This document shows positions 1-11,904 of a stretch of DNA of 64,000 nt, in pieces (the stretch's first letter is position 1; every line of letters starts with the position of its first letter). Source of the DNA: Camelus dromedarius (Eukaryota); assembly GCF_036321535.1 (NCBI RefSeq), contig NC_087436.1, forward strand, positions 102,364,001 to 102,428,000, written 5' to 3'. Under the pieces are notes generated by a model. The model had not been told where the DNA came from. It saw nothing but the letters and a program-made list of their open reading frames with translations, and did not search any database. Position numbers and translations under genes: made by a program.

Positions 1-627
1 GAAAGAAAAATAACCTTAAGGTTTAGGAATCAAAGAACAGAAATACCATAATCTCCTTTTTATTTGCAAATCTGGGATAAGGCAACATCACAGAATTGTT
101 TGCATGGATAATCAGAGTAAAAGAAAAATGGCATCAGGGCAAATCTAGAAAGTGAGGAAGTGAAAGGACCTGTTACTCTTCCTACTTTGATCTCTTGAAT
201 ATTTGGTGTTCCAATCCAGTGCAAAGAAATAATCTCTGATCTCCCTTCCAGGAGAGGTGCAGTGGTTGCCTGAAATTTTAAGCATAGTTTCCAAAGTATC
301 CCATGGATCAGAGTAGAAGGTAGGACAATAAACATGTCAGCACAGGAGTGGAGAAGAAGATTGTTCATTTTACAGGCTCTAGCATGAATAATTTCCCATG
401 AACAGTGGTACAGATATCTTTCCAAATGAGGTTAAAAAAGAAAAAGATATGGAATTTCCTCTAAAGAAAGGAAGAAGGAAGAAGGAAAGGAGGAGAATCA
501 TGAATTGACAGAACCAGCAGTGACTACCTACCTTCAACTGGCAGGACTGTATTTTCTGCTACCACAGAGCCTTGAAAACTGGAAAAAGGTCTAGGTATAA
601 AGAAATAAATTTGCTTTTGAGTGTCAT

Positions 628-968
628 CTGAATAGTCAGTTTGGGCTGTTCTCAAGTGTACCATAGACTGGATTGCTTAAACAATAGACATTTATTTCTT
701 ATAGTTTTGAAGGCTTAATAGTTCAAGATCAAATACTGGCAGATTTGGTTCCTGGCGAGAGACTTCCTCCTGGCTTGCAGATGGCATCATTCTCATTTTG
801 TCCTCATGTAGGGGAGAGAGCAAGAGCTCTTGTCCTTCTTCCTCTTCTTATAAGGACACTAACACCACCATGATAGTCCCATCCTTATGACTTGATCTAA
901 ATCTATCTTCCAAAGTCCCCACCCCAAATACCATCACATTGAGGGCTAAAGCTTTAACATATGAATTC
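628..968 (-). mobile_element. MaLR solo LTR, MLT1A-like
   Basis: Reverse-strand MLT1A hallmarks: tagtcagtttgggctg...ccatagactgg, ttcaagatcaa...ggcagatttgg, cttataaggacactaa, aataccatcacattgaggg...aacatatgaatt. Confidence 0.85.
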
Positions 969-1169
969 AATCAATGATACCATGTCCCTGCATCTTGAAT
1001 ACATATATAACTGAATGTTTAGATTTTCAATTAGTTTATTAATATTTGTCTTCTCTGTTGGACCACAAATTCCTAATTCTTCGATAACTAGGACTATGCT
1101 TTTGGTTTACCACTATATCACTGGAGTCTTTTCTTGTAAAAGTAAATATGCAAATAATTCAATTTGCTG

Positions 1170-1247
1170 AAAGAAGGAAGGAAAGAAGAGAGTAAGGAAA
1201 AAAAAAAAGGAAGGGAAGAAAGAAGGAGGGAGAGAAGGAGAAAAAAA
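1170..1247 (+). repeat. purine-rich (GAAG/GGAA)-type low-complexity tract
   Basis: aagaaggaaggaaagaagag...gaaggagggagagaaggag. Confidence 0.8.
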
Positions 1248-1708
1248 TATGGAATTAAGACAGCACTAGAAAGCTATGGTTGGTGATCTGGGATCCTGGA
1301 ATGCAAATGCTAACAATGACTTAGAACAATTGTTAAATTATTTCACTTCATCTTTGTAAGTGATGGAATATGAGAGAAGAAATTATTGAACATCATGTAA
1401 AGTTTTTACTTATGTATTTTAGGATAAACATTAAACCAGGGCAATTAACCAAGAATATTCTTGTTTAATTTAGGACCCTCATCCATCTTATAAGATCTTG
1501 AATATGGTCTCTCCTCACACATTTTAAGTGTCAACCATGTGCTTCATTTGGGGGATATTATGAAGGAAACATTATCTTTTTTCTAAAGTGAATCATAATC
1601 TCAAAAAATCATTACTTTACTGTAAATATTCCTATTGATTTCAAAAACACAATAAAATCTGTAATTAGATTTTTATCAGTAGATGGAAGATTGGATATTT
1701 CATACATT

Positions 1709-2146
1709 TGTGGAAGCAGACAGGGTAAACCTTATTTAAAATGGAGCTGGGAGGACCAGAAATGGGAGCTCTCATGCACTATCACTAGCCATTGTTTACA
1801 GACTCCACAGGAAGGACCTTCTTTACATACCTGAGGAAAGGGGAAGAAATATTTCCTCCTTGACTAGCAATAGCCTAGCAAATAAAAATCATCACAGCTC
1901 AGCCAGTAAGTCATTACCACCCTGAATTCTCACTCTTCTCCAAAGAACTTCAGTTCGAAATCATCTCCTTCCTCTATTAGTTCCTCTATTCCTTTATAAA
2001 GGCAAGTCCCTCTTCTATGTTCTCCAGACTTGCCTACAGTTTTTGTCATAACATGTTTTTTTTCCCCAAATTGAAGTTCTCAGCTAAGCCTGAATAAACT
2101 ATTTTTTGCTACTAAAATAACCATGTATTTTAGTTTTAAGATCAAC
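1709..2146 (+). mobile_element. 5' LTR of a class I (ERV1-like) provirus
   Basis: Begins TGT(GGAAGC); TATAAA at 1995-2000; AATAAA at 2093-2098; followed after 6 bp by a PBS and then gag-like sequence. Confidence 0.75.
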
Positions 2147-2152
2147 TTTATA

Positions 2153-2170
2153 TGATGTCAGAAGTGGGAT
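2153..2170 (+). promoter_or_regulatory. retroviral primer-binding site, tRNA-Leu type
   Basis: tgatgtcagaagtgggat differs by one base from TGGTGTCAGAAGTGGGAT, the complement of the tRNA-Leu 3' end. Confidence 0.85.
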
Positions 2171-2278
2171 CCAGAGACAACCCCCAACAACTCTGAGGCT
2201 GGTGAAGAAGGTGTCAGTATCCACAGAGCCCACTGAGATCACTGCTTTCTTGCTGAACCTTTCTTGCTGAGTTTGAGG

Positions 2279-2284
2279 GTAAGT
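2279..2284 (+). promoter_or_regulatory. candidate proviral major splice donor
   Basis: gagg|GTAAGT, a consensus 5' splice site in the leader between PBS and gag. Confidence 0.6.
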
Positions 2285-2432
2285 TTTCTCCTGGATCTAA
2301 GTGCTGTTTTTTTTGTTGTTGTTGTTTTTTGTTTTCTGTTTTGAACTCTTTGATTTTATTGTGCATTTATTTAAAGACTTTCCACTTTCTTGTGAGTACT
2401 CATTTGTTTTCCTGAACCTCTGACCTTGATTA

Positions 2433-3550
2433 ATGGCATCCACATTCTCTAAATTCTTTTAGGAGGATTCTCCTTCTGGGATCTCTGCTAGTTTTATGTT
2501 TAAAAGCTATGGTTCCACCTCATGTGCATTTTTAACTAAATGGGGCTACTTAACCAAAAATAATTTAGAACTTTAGTGGCCATTATGGGAAACTTTTGAC
2601 CACCCCAAACTTGTTTTTATAAGAACCAAATTCCAAAGCCATGGCTCTAAAATTAAACAAATTATATGGGATACTTATTTTAACTGGTATCTTGAGGATC
2701 CCTATATTTAGAATTCTAAAATTACCTTCTTAAAAAAAAATCGTTTTGAAACTAATCTGAGGCAAACAATTGAAAGAAAACAGAAAAAGCTGCAGAGGTC
2801 TTGTCTCCCCTCCACTGTCCTTTTTGTCTCAAGTACCATCTTGTTTATTTCCATCTCCTTTGTCCCCAGAGACACAACAGCCATCTGATACTGAAGCCTG
2901 ACCCATGAACCATCTTCCTCCTTTGCTTTTGCATCAGTTCCACCTTCTTTATACCCTCCACTTTCTAATCTCTAACTGAATTTCCATTTTTCTCCAAATC
3001 TTTCCTCATTTTCTTTTCTTCTGAACCTATTACCCACCCACCCATCCCTTTCAAGTCGGAACCTCTGAGGATCCAAATTCTAAACTCCTAATTTTTTACA
3101 TTCTTTGGGCTAAAGCTGAGCTATGAACTATATTAAAAGATTCTTCCAGAGTAACCAGGGGTCCTCAAAGTTTTTCTGAGGAATTGAATATACCAATCTG
3201 AACTCACTAACCTAGTTTCTCTGGCTTATATTATCTAGCTTATATGCTTGTCAGTGAAGGCCAGGCTTAACACGGTGTGAAAACTGCTAGTTGGGAAAAC
3301 CCTGAAAGGTCTTTAGATTTAGAACCAGGACCTGACCCTGCTGGCTTGTTATATGATCAGGCTTATACAACTGCTAAATGCCTTCATCAGGTGATTCCTA
3401 GGGCATTCTCAAATCCTGTTGATTGCAATAAGATTCAGGCTTGTACTCAGAAGCCAAATGAGCTCATGTACAAATATTATGACTGGCTCCAAATTGTCTT
3501 TAAATAAAATTTTGGTCTTCCTTCAAATATTGAGTCTACTCAGGTAGCTT
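2433..3550 (+). pseudogene. gag: decayed ERV gag (matrix, proline-rich linker, part of capsid)
   Basis: Manual translation from 2433: MASTFSKFF*EDSPSGISASFMFKSYGSTSCAFLTKWGYLTKNNLEL*WPLWETFDHPKLVF (matrix-like WPxxxTFD). ORF 3277-3507 ends IPRAFSNPVDCNKIQACTQKPNELMYKYYDWLQIVFK, resembling the capsid major homology region. Contains stops and frameshifts. Confidence 0.8.
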
Positions 3551-4440
3551 TTATTTTTTAATTGTAGTATATTGACCTACAACACTGTTAGTTCTGGGTG
3601 TATAACACAGTAATTCAATATTTCTATAAATTATAAAATAATCATCAAGGTAAGCCTAGTTACCATTTGTCATGATACAGGGTTATTTACAATATTATTG
3701 ACACTATTTCCCATGCTGTATGTTACATCATGATGACAATTATTTTGTAACTGGAAGTTTGTACCTCTTAATCTCACTCATTTTACTCTTCCACTCACTC
3801 CCTTCTCTTCTGCCAAATTACTGTTTGTTCTCCATGAGTTTCTTTATGTTTTGTTATGTTTATTCATTTGTTTTGTTTTATTAGATTGTATATATAAGTG
3901 AAATCACACAGTATTTGCCTTTTCCGATCTGATTTATTTCACTTAGCAAAATACCCTCTAGGGCTAATCATATTGTGGCAAATGGGAAGATTTCATTCTT
4001 TTTTACGGTTGAATAATATTCTATTATATTCATGTATCACTTATTCTTTACCCATTCATCTATTGATGAATACTTAGGTTGCTTTCATATCTTGGCTATT
4101 ATAAATAATGCTGCAATGAGCTTAAGGGTGCATATATCTTTTCAAATTAGTGTTTTTGTTTTCTTCAGAAGTGGAATTGCTGGAAGTAGAATCTCTGTAA
4201 CATATGGTAGTGTTATTTTTAATTTTTTGTGAAATCTCCATATTGTCTTTCAGAGTGACTACACCAATTTCCATTCCCACCAACAATGTACAATTGTTCC
4301 CTTTTCCCCATGTCTTCACCATGCTTGTTATTTACTGTCTTTTCGATAACAGCATTCTGACAGGTGTAAGGTGATATCTCACTGTGGTATTGATTTGCAT
4401 TTCCCCAATGATTAGTGGTGTTGACCATCTTTTCATGTGT
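3551..4440 (-). mobile_element. 5'-truncated LINE-1 (ORF2 C-terminus plus 3' UTR), L1MA9-like
   Basis: T-rich tail at about 3549-3559, then tcacttagcaaaataccctcta, cattcatctattgatgaatacttaggttgct, cattcccaccaacaatgtac and gtggtattgatttgcatttccc. The minus ORFs at 4122-4428 are frameshifted ORF2 remnants. Confidence 0.92.
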
Positions 4441-4950
4441 TCTCTTGCTAGCTGCTCCCCATTTAACTCATTCTCACTCTAATAACTCTATCACTGCCAC
4501 ACATCTTCCTTCTTTAACAAAGGGGAATACTCATGACTGTGTGACTCTGACAAATCATCTTTGGACCCCTCATAACGACTCACAAGAAAGTCCTTTGGAT
4601 AATGTAGATTTCTCATGGCTCACAGATAGTTCTATTTGAAGGATGAAAGTGGCAGATATTATGCTGGATATGCCATACCAACTCTTTTTAAAGCAATTGA
4701 AGCAGCACCTTTATCTTTGGCTGCTTTGGTCCAACAAGCTGAGCTATATACACTCTCAGGGTCCTGTATTCTAGCAAAAGACAAAACTACCAACATTTTA
4801 TATATATAAGCCTTTGGAGTATCTTTTACTATTTTGAACTGTTATGGAAACAAAGCTTTTTAATGCCAATGGGGATAAAATTTAAAATGGCTCTTATGTC
4901 CAAAATGTGTTAGATGCCGTACTCCTACCACTCGGGCTATTAAGGTCCTT
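4441..4950 (+). pseudogene. pol: decayed ERV pol, connection and RNase H domains
   Basis: HDCVTLTNHLWTPHNDSQESPLDNVDFSWLTDSS, then after a frameshift YLKDESGRYYAGYAI...EAAPLSLAALVQQAELYTLSGSCILAKDKTTNI and LWKQ. Matches the class I RNase H pattern WFTDGS...AGYA...SAQxAELxAL. Confidence 0.88.
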
Positions 4951-5815
4951 AATAATGGTAATATTGATTGTAGAGAAGATGTTCAGTTCCCCCCACTTGA
5001 CTCATGCTGTAAATTGAATATAATTGTCTAAGAGAGACTAGGAATCCAATGAATAAATAGATGTGTCTCCTTCAGTTCTTTTATCCATTGTCTTCCTGTG
5101 AGATTTTGCAAAGCAAGGGGAAAATGTTGACACATAACAAATCTTGATTAGATGTATTTAGGTTTTGCAAATTTCCTTCAACCTGCTATGATAAACAGAA
5201 ATAGAAATATTTATAAAAGTTAAAACAATGGTTACAAAGGAAGGATGTTTAGTGGTTTTTACTCTCATTGTATATGCATACATCCCAGAGAATAAAATGT
5301 GAAAGACAAGTCAAAGATTTTTATTCCACCATTTGAAATATGAAGAATCTGGTCAAATCAAGACTGAAACAGAAGAAATAAATGTAGTTTTAGCTGAAAG
5401 TGTCCCCTCTTACCAATCCTCTTGCATCAAGATAGCTGTAAAAGTTAACTTATTTTCTAGTTTTGTTTATCTGGCTCTTCTAAATTTTAATTTTCTTCCA
5501 GATCATCCAATCCAAAAATACTGACTGTATAATTCTAGTATTAATTCTTAGAATACATTATATAAATGTTAAATCATTGTATATTTATGAATATGTATTT
5601 TCCCTTAGCAACTTTTTCTTCTCTCTCCTAATTAATCTTACCTAGAAGTAATTGTGGTAGATAGTAAAAATAAGCACAGATTCTTTCTTTTTCTTAAAGA
5701 TGTGGAGTGTATTTCTCCACTCATTTAATCTGGGCAGGACTTCTGGCTTACTTTGGCCACAGTATGGTAGAAGGGGCAAAGCATGAATTCGGAATCTAAG
5801 GCTTTGTACAGTTAT

Positions 5816-5895
5816 TCTCTCTCTCTCTCTCCCTCCCTCCCTCTTTCTCTCTCTCTCTGTCTCTCCCTGTTTCTCTCTCTCTCTCTCTCCGTCTC
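5816..5895 (+). repeat. (CT)n-rich microsatellite
   Basis: Imperfect ctctctct tract. Confidence 0.9.
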
Positions 5896-6138
5896 AGAGC
5901 TCTTACCACTGCTATAGTAATAAGCACTAGACTACCCTGATGGAGGATTAATCAAGCTGGAGAGAGGCCTCCATCAACTCTCCATTAAACTCTTCCATAG
6001 AAGGTCATCATAAAAAAATCCAGCCCCAGCCTAATGTCCAGCTGACTGCAGCTGCATATGTAACCCCAATAATATCCCATACAGAAGAATTCACTAGCTG
6101 AGCTCAGGCCAGTGCCTTAATGAGATTTATAAATTGGT

Positions 6139-6712
6139 TATGACAGGCCGGATTTCTCACCTGTCTTATATACACACACTTTATCCCTGAGATTCTGAAT
6201 TTGATGGGTTTTCCTTCCATGATTAGGTTATGTCTTACGGCATAGTTGACCTTCAGAGATTATCTGGATTATCTGGATGAGCTTGATCTAATCTCATGAG
6301 CCCTTTAAAAGTTTTCTCTGGCTACTCTCAAAAGAAAGTGCTTAGTAAGATCAAAGCATGAGAGGATTTTGACTCAGGAGAGTTGCTTCAGGGTGGAGTA
6401 GAAAGGGGCTGAATGGCAAAGACCTGAGAGCAATTTCTAGGAGCTGAAACAGTAACCAGACAATATCTAGCAAGATAACCCAGACCTTGGTTCTGCAACT
6501 ACGAGGAATTGAATTCTGCCTAAAACTAAAACCTGCGAGATCTTGGAAGTAGATCTTTCCTAAATCAACCCTATAGATGAAGACACAGCCAGCCAACACT
6601 TGGATTCAGCTTTGTGGACTCCTGACACATAGAAACTGTAATGTAATAACACTGTATTATTTTAAGCTGCTGAATTCCTGGTATTGTTATCTAGCATTAG
6701 GAAACTGATTCA
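6139..6712 (+). mobile_element. MaLR LTR (MLT1E-like) nested in the previous LTR
   Basis: catgattaggttatg, gagattatctggatt, ctaatctcatgagccctttaaaag, ctgcaactacgaggaattgaattctgcc, tcttggaagtagat; ends ggaaactgattca. Confidence 0.75.
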
Positions 6713-7945
6713 AGTCTTGTTTTAAACTGTTAAATTGTATTGATTTTTTTTTTACTGAAAAGTAAAATCTAACTGATACAGAGTAGAAATCATAGCTTGC
6801 AGCAGTTGAAGATTCTGCTGTTGGATTAGCTAAATGAGAGCTACATCTCTGATATAGGACTATACTCTCCTACAAAAAGTGAATTTTTAAATGTTCATGC
6901 AGAGGTATTAAATGTTTTCTCTTACTCGTTTTTTAATGAAGAAACTATTTTCTTCTTGTGTATTTTTTTCTCAATCATAACAAAGATAAATAATTAACAT
7001 AGTTAATAGTAACAGAACAGGTGAATAGTTAAATTTTTTCATGTTTTTCTTTTTAATCCTCACTATTTCTCTGAAGGTAACCATAGTAACCATCATTCTA
7101 GCACAATCTGTAGGTCACCTTAAAAGACAGCCACTCATTTGCATATCTGGCTTGTGCCTCCATTGAGCTTCTTGTTTCTCCTTTTCTTTCAAGTTTCAGC
7201 ATAAGACAGTTAAGTTAAAAATAGAAGGTGATCAATAACATTTTGGTAAATTAATTGCAAACTTTTTCAGAAAAGAGCAAAAATCTTCTATAAAATAGTA
7301 GCTTTTGGCTTTCTACCAAGAGACAGCAACTTAATCATGTACCTACTATAATGGAAAGGAAATTAAAATCAATGATGTTGGCTCAACCATGCTTTTGTCT
7401 TGGATTACTCTAGATAATTGAGCACAGTAAGACTCAATTACAAACATATGTTTAATGAGGCTTATGAAAACTGATATGTGAGAAAGCCTCATAGCAAAGA
7501 CTTTCTCCTCAATATGTCCAACTTTGCCTATTAGCCTTCACAGAAACAAATCTGGGGTGGGGGCACTAAGAATAAAGACAGTGAGAAGTTAAAATGATGC
7601 TATGCACCATGCAATTTAGAAGTGAATCCCAGAGTAAATGAACACAGGTAAATTGGGATTATAGAAAATTCTGGGGAAAATATCAAATATTACTTATAAT
7701 TTTGGGAGCTAATGATGATTTTAAAAGATGTATATTTCTTGTGTTGCACGAGGCTGAAAATTTTCCCCTTCTCACATCTGTGACTATGGCCTAGGAAATG
7801 TGCCTATTTTATTACTATTTAATTACCCTGGAAATATGCTGTTATCCCCAGCTTACAACCTGATGTAAGATCTCAGATTTATAAACTTAAAGTTCTTTAT
7901 TGGAGAATTTAGTTTACCTCATTAAAATTGTGAATATTCTGCTAA

Positions 7946-8760
7946 ATGCTCAATAATAAACCAGAGTTAGAAGAGGTCAAATGGATACTTTTTCTTTTGG
8001 TAGATGATATATTATTACAAAAAAGTTTTAATGGTAATCCTAACTTACAACTGAGAGAGCCATCTATGGCTCAACAGGCAAAAAATAAAACAGGTAACTC
8101 TTTTGAGTTGCTTAAGATTATGCCCAAATAATCTGTGTCACTATAGTTTCAGATGCATGTGATCTTCTAGCTGCTTTTGTTCAAAACTGAGTACAAAAAA
8201 AGTGTCATAACATAAACAGAGAAATAGGAATTCAAATACAAGAAAAATGTAAAATCAAATCCAATGCAGAATTATTTGTCCAATGATACATTTAAATAAT
8301 TAAAGAGAATTAATTATTAGAAGACAAGAGAGCATATATCATAGTCTTCCAAATTTATTGGAAAAAATAAAAATTAAGGAAAAGCTCCCAATACTTGTTA
8401 ATTTATGAGATGATTTTGTTAAAATATCAGGTCAAATAAAAAACATTGTCTTTCTTTCTGTCACATTGAGACCGACCACTATTGACTTTTTTTCAAGACA
8501 CATGAGAATGTTCCAAATAAAACTTCAGAATTTTAGGGCAGTGCTTTAAGAAAAATTGAAGATATCATCATCATTCTGAAGATGAACTATCTAGAATGGA
8601 CTATGGTAGAAGATTAGCTAAAAGCAGGGTTTAAAATTGAGGCAGAAAGATTTTGCACTGTTGTTAAGCATATCAATTACAAATTAGTAATATAAAGATG
8701 ACAGTGGCACTAGAATTACTAGCCACCATTTCAATGGATTACCTTTAAGCAATTAAACAA
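7946..8760 (+). mobile_element. highly decayed hAT (Tip100-like) transposase fossil
   Basis: Motif remnants in the expected order across frames: NLQLRE, KTGNSFELLKIMPK (cf. GNFLELLxLxAKY), NYLSNDTFK*L, SVTL..TT.D, EAERFCTVVK, DDSG, GLPLSN. Confidence 0.5.
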
Positions 8761-9029
8761 ACAAAAATCAGATTATCTGGCCACACATTAGCACTCTCAG
8801 AAGACACAAGTAAACTATAACAGAAGAGATGCCTTTAAAGAGTCATCAGAGCCCCCAAATTTCCTTTTGAATCATTTTTGTAATTTTTATTTCTGCTTGT
8901 CCCTAGATCCATTTGAGTAGATTATTCTTAAAGGAAAAACCTTCAGCCAGGAATAAAGAGATTTCTAGTCCAGTCTTGTCTTTCCACCATCCAGTCCTTC
9001 CTTGATTTCTTCTTTCCTCCTTCTTTCCT

Positions 9030-9490
9030 TCCATTCCATTTATTCATTCAGCAAGAAGAATCAAGCCTCACTTATGTGCCAGACTCTGTGCTCGGTGGTG
9101 TGTATTCAGCAGTGGACAAGACAGCATCTGCCCTACAGTTCAGCCAGGAGTAGAGAGGGGAGAAGCACTAATAACACATAGTGATGGTTGCCATGTCAGT
9201 GTCCTATGTTAGAGGTTCAAACAAGGCGCAAAAGTCTGTATTGGGGAGTTAAGAATATCACTGAGAAAGAAATGTATAGATGATGAGAAAGAATTAGCCA
9301 GATGAATATTTCAGCAAATTTCAGCACAAAAATAGCAGTGAGTACAGGTGTAATGATAAGAGAAGGCATTTTCAGGATGTATGTGTTCAGTGAAAAATGA
9401 AGCATGTGAGGAAGAAAAAAGAGAGAAATAAGCCATTATGAAGAATTCAGATCTTATCTGAATAGGCATGGAGAAATAAACCAAGGACCT
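9030..9490 (-). mobile_element. LINE-2 3' fragment
   Basis: attcattcagcaa...cacttatgtgccagactctgtgct...cagcagtggacaagacag is the reverse of an L2 3' end. Confidence 0.7.
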
Positions 9491-9911
9491 TAAGTAGTGG
9501 AACAACATGTCAGCTCATTAATATCTGTCTTCATAAAATTCCTAATGAACAAATGTTCACTTGCCTCATATGTACTCGGTCTCTTCTACTGAACAATAGC
9601 TTTGTACTATATTCCATAGAATAGTATGAATGCCACCATTTTGGAAGTCCCATTGTTTTAAAATGCATTTCAATTGTCTGGTTTAGCTCTTAAAAGCTAC
9701 TGTAAGTTCCTCCCTGTTAGAACCTGAGTAATGTTACAGCTTTTTAGAAGTTCATCTATTCTGTAGGATGTGCTAGTAGATATCTGCTGAATTACTACAA
9801 TATACAATGGTGTTTTCATTTCAGGACCTAGATTGATGGCTTCTCTATTCCTGGTATTGCAATTGACTTTCCCCAATGTGTGGCTTATGTCCTTTCCCTG
9901 CACTTAGATTT

Positions 9912-10200
9912 CTAAAACATTCTTATTGCAGTAAAGTTGCTACAGAAGAGAACATTAATTATGTGTGTAAAACTCAATGAATTTTTATGAAAAGAATATT
10001 CCATGATCAAAAAATGAAATACTCCAAACTCTTTAGAGGGAACCATACAGTTTGCTCCTTTCTCCCCAACATAAATTATTGTTTTAACATCATAAATTAT
10101 TTTGTCCTTTTTTGAGCTTCTTAGAAATGTAATCAAATAGTAATTTATTATGCTAAATAGAAGGTTTAAGATTCACCCATATTGTTGTATGTAAGATGTT
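9912..10200 (-). mobile_element. old L1 (L1M-type) 3' UTR fragment
   Basis: cattcttattgcagtaaagttg...; gtttaagattcacccatattgttgtatgta. Confidence 0.45.
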
Positions 10201-10264
10201 ACTGTGCATCCTGTCAGTCTGACCTTCGTTATTTTTTCCACAAATGAAACATTTTACTCCCTAT

Positions 10265-10620
10265 TGTGATCTTCACATGGCTGCTCTCACTCCAAAAGTG
10301 CTCCTTTCAGAGTTATTAGAATAATCTCTTCATTCAGATCTCTGCCCAAAACTTATTCCTTAACAAACTCTCCCTGAGCATAATAACCTAAAACATCCCA
10401 TCAACTACATTACTTTGTATTTCCTGTCCCTGCTTTACTTTTTTTCATGCAGTCTCTGTACATAACATTGCATTATGTAGCCATTTATTTTTATTTGTTA
10501 TCATTTACCTCCCTTATTAGAATATAAATTTTGTGAGGACAAAAGATTTTCTGAATTTTTCCTGCTATATTGCCTTCTCATAAACCACTGAGACCCAGGC
10601 CCAAGTGAATGAATGAAAAC
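10265..10620 (+). mobile_element. LINE-2 (L2a-like) 3' end
   Basis: tcattcagatctctgcccaaa...ctccctgagc, ttagaatataaattttgtgaggaca; ends gaatgaatgaa. Confidence 0.7.
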
Positions 10621-11904
10621 ATAAATGGTGTAATTCCAAATTGTTCCCATTTCACCTTTCCCAAAACTCTACCCCATCATAGATGGCATCTCCAAGGGTC
10701 AGATGGCAGGACAATGAATGATTGTGATTTTCACCCCCAGAACTTAGGAGGCTGGTTTTAGAAGCCAGAGAACCAGAAATAGGAGTCTAGCAGTAGACAA
10801 CAGTGGCTAACAGAATATAAGTATGCATGGGTGAGAAAAGGCAACATGTGTAGTGAAAATAGGACAGAGGCAATGGTAGAAACTGAAGTGTTCTCTCTTT
10901 GAGTAAAACTTTGTTTGACAACAACAAGTAATTAGAAGAATAAATACCAAGAGTAGGAGGAGAGGACCAAAAGAGGTACAGAGATCCAGAAGGTGTTAAT
11001 AGTGGTAGAGTGATCAAAATATAAAGGGAAAGAAAAAATTGCTGTCAGCATCATGTAACTGAGTCTTTCTAGCATTATCACGTTGAGGCTATAATTTGTC
11101 TCGTGTCTTGTGGCCTGGGGTGGAAGGTATATATAGACTATTTAATACAGGGTTTAAAATTAGAAAACTTGAGTTTGAATCTTTTACCTAATTGGATTGG
11201 TGGTCAGCCATATCATGTTTTTGTCTCTGGGTCTCACCTTCATCATGGACACAATGAAGGTTTTTTTTTTTTTTTAAATATAAATTCTCTGAGATCTTTT
11301 TCCACTTTCAGTGTCTAAAATTCCTGTATGAATAGTCAAAGTCAATGCATATCCTCTCTTCTAGTATTTCCTAGGTGCGAGAAATTCTGTGATATCAAAC
11401 CTAATACCTTCCACAGAAGCCTGAAATATTAACGTTTCCCCCAGGGGAATCAGTAGGCACCAACAGATAGGGCAGAGTGTCGTTGGCATAACAGTGATGA
11501 ATCAGGCTATTCTGTTGGAAAATTGAAGCCTGTGATAGATAGATGGTAAGGAATTTATTTGGTGAGCAGACAATCTCCCATGAAAAACAGATTTCTCAGT
11601 CAGACACACTAATATTCTGTGTTCTAAAACCTTAAAACTCTGTATTTTTCTGGCCACTCATCTCCTGGCTAATTAAGATGTGCATAAATAGAATGTGTAA
11701 GTGAGAGTGGGTTAAAATACAGTCTTGAAAAAGACTATCACTATTTGGCTGATCTATTTAAAATTTGTCAGTTAAAAGCCTTCATTTTAAGAGGTCAATA
11801 TCAGGGAAAAAACAGACACTTGGCTTTGTAAAACTCTTATTAATTAACAGTCTTTTTCTCTGCTGGTTAAGAGGACCTATGTCCACTTTGAGATTATATC
11901 TATT

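Larger units (their letters stand above)
5653..6780 (+). mobile_element. old MaLR LTR (MLT1G/H-like), interrupted by a second LTR
   Basis: Starts tgtggtag; gtatttctccactcatttaatctgggcagg; ccagctgactgcagctgcat; resumes at about 6713 and ends ctaactgataca. Confidence 0.65.

Noticed and set aside
60..425. Longest ORF in the track (121 aa, minus strand)
   Set aside because: Non-ATG start, no recognisable domain and no splice context; a length expected by chance in 64 kb.
3277..3507. gag-like ORF as a domesticated retroviral gene
   Set aside because: Only 76 codons, flanked by in-frame stops and frameshifts and cut by an L1; a decayed fossil.
11490..11560. gtgatga C-box-like motif suggesting a C/D snoRNA
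   Set aside because: No suitably placed CTGA D box with a terminal stem.
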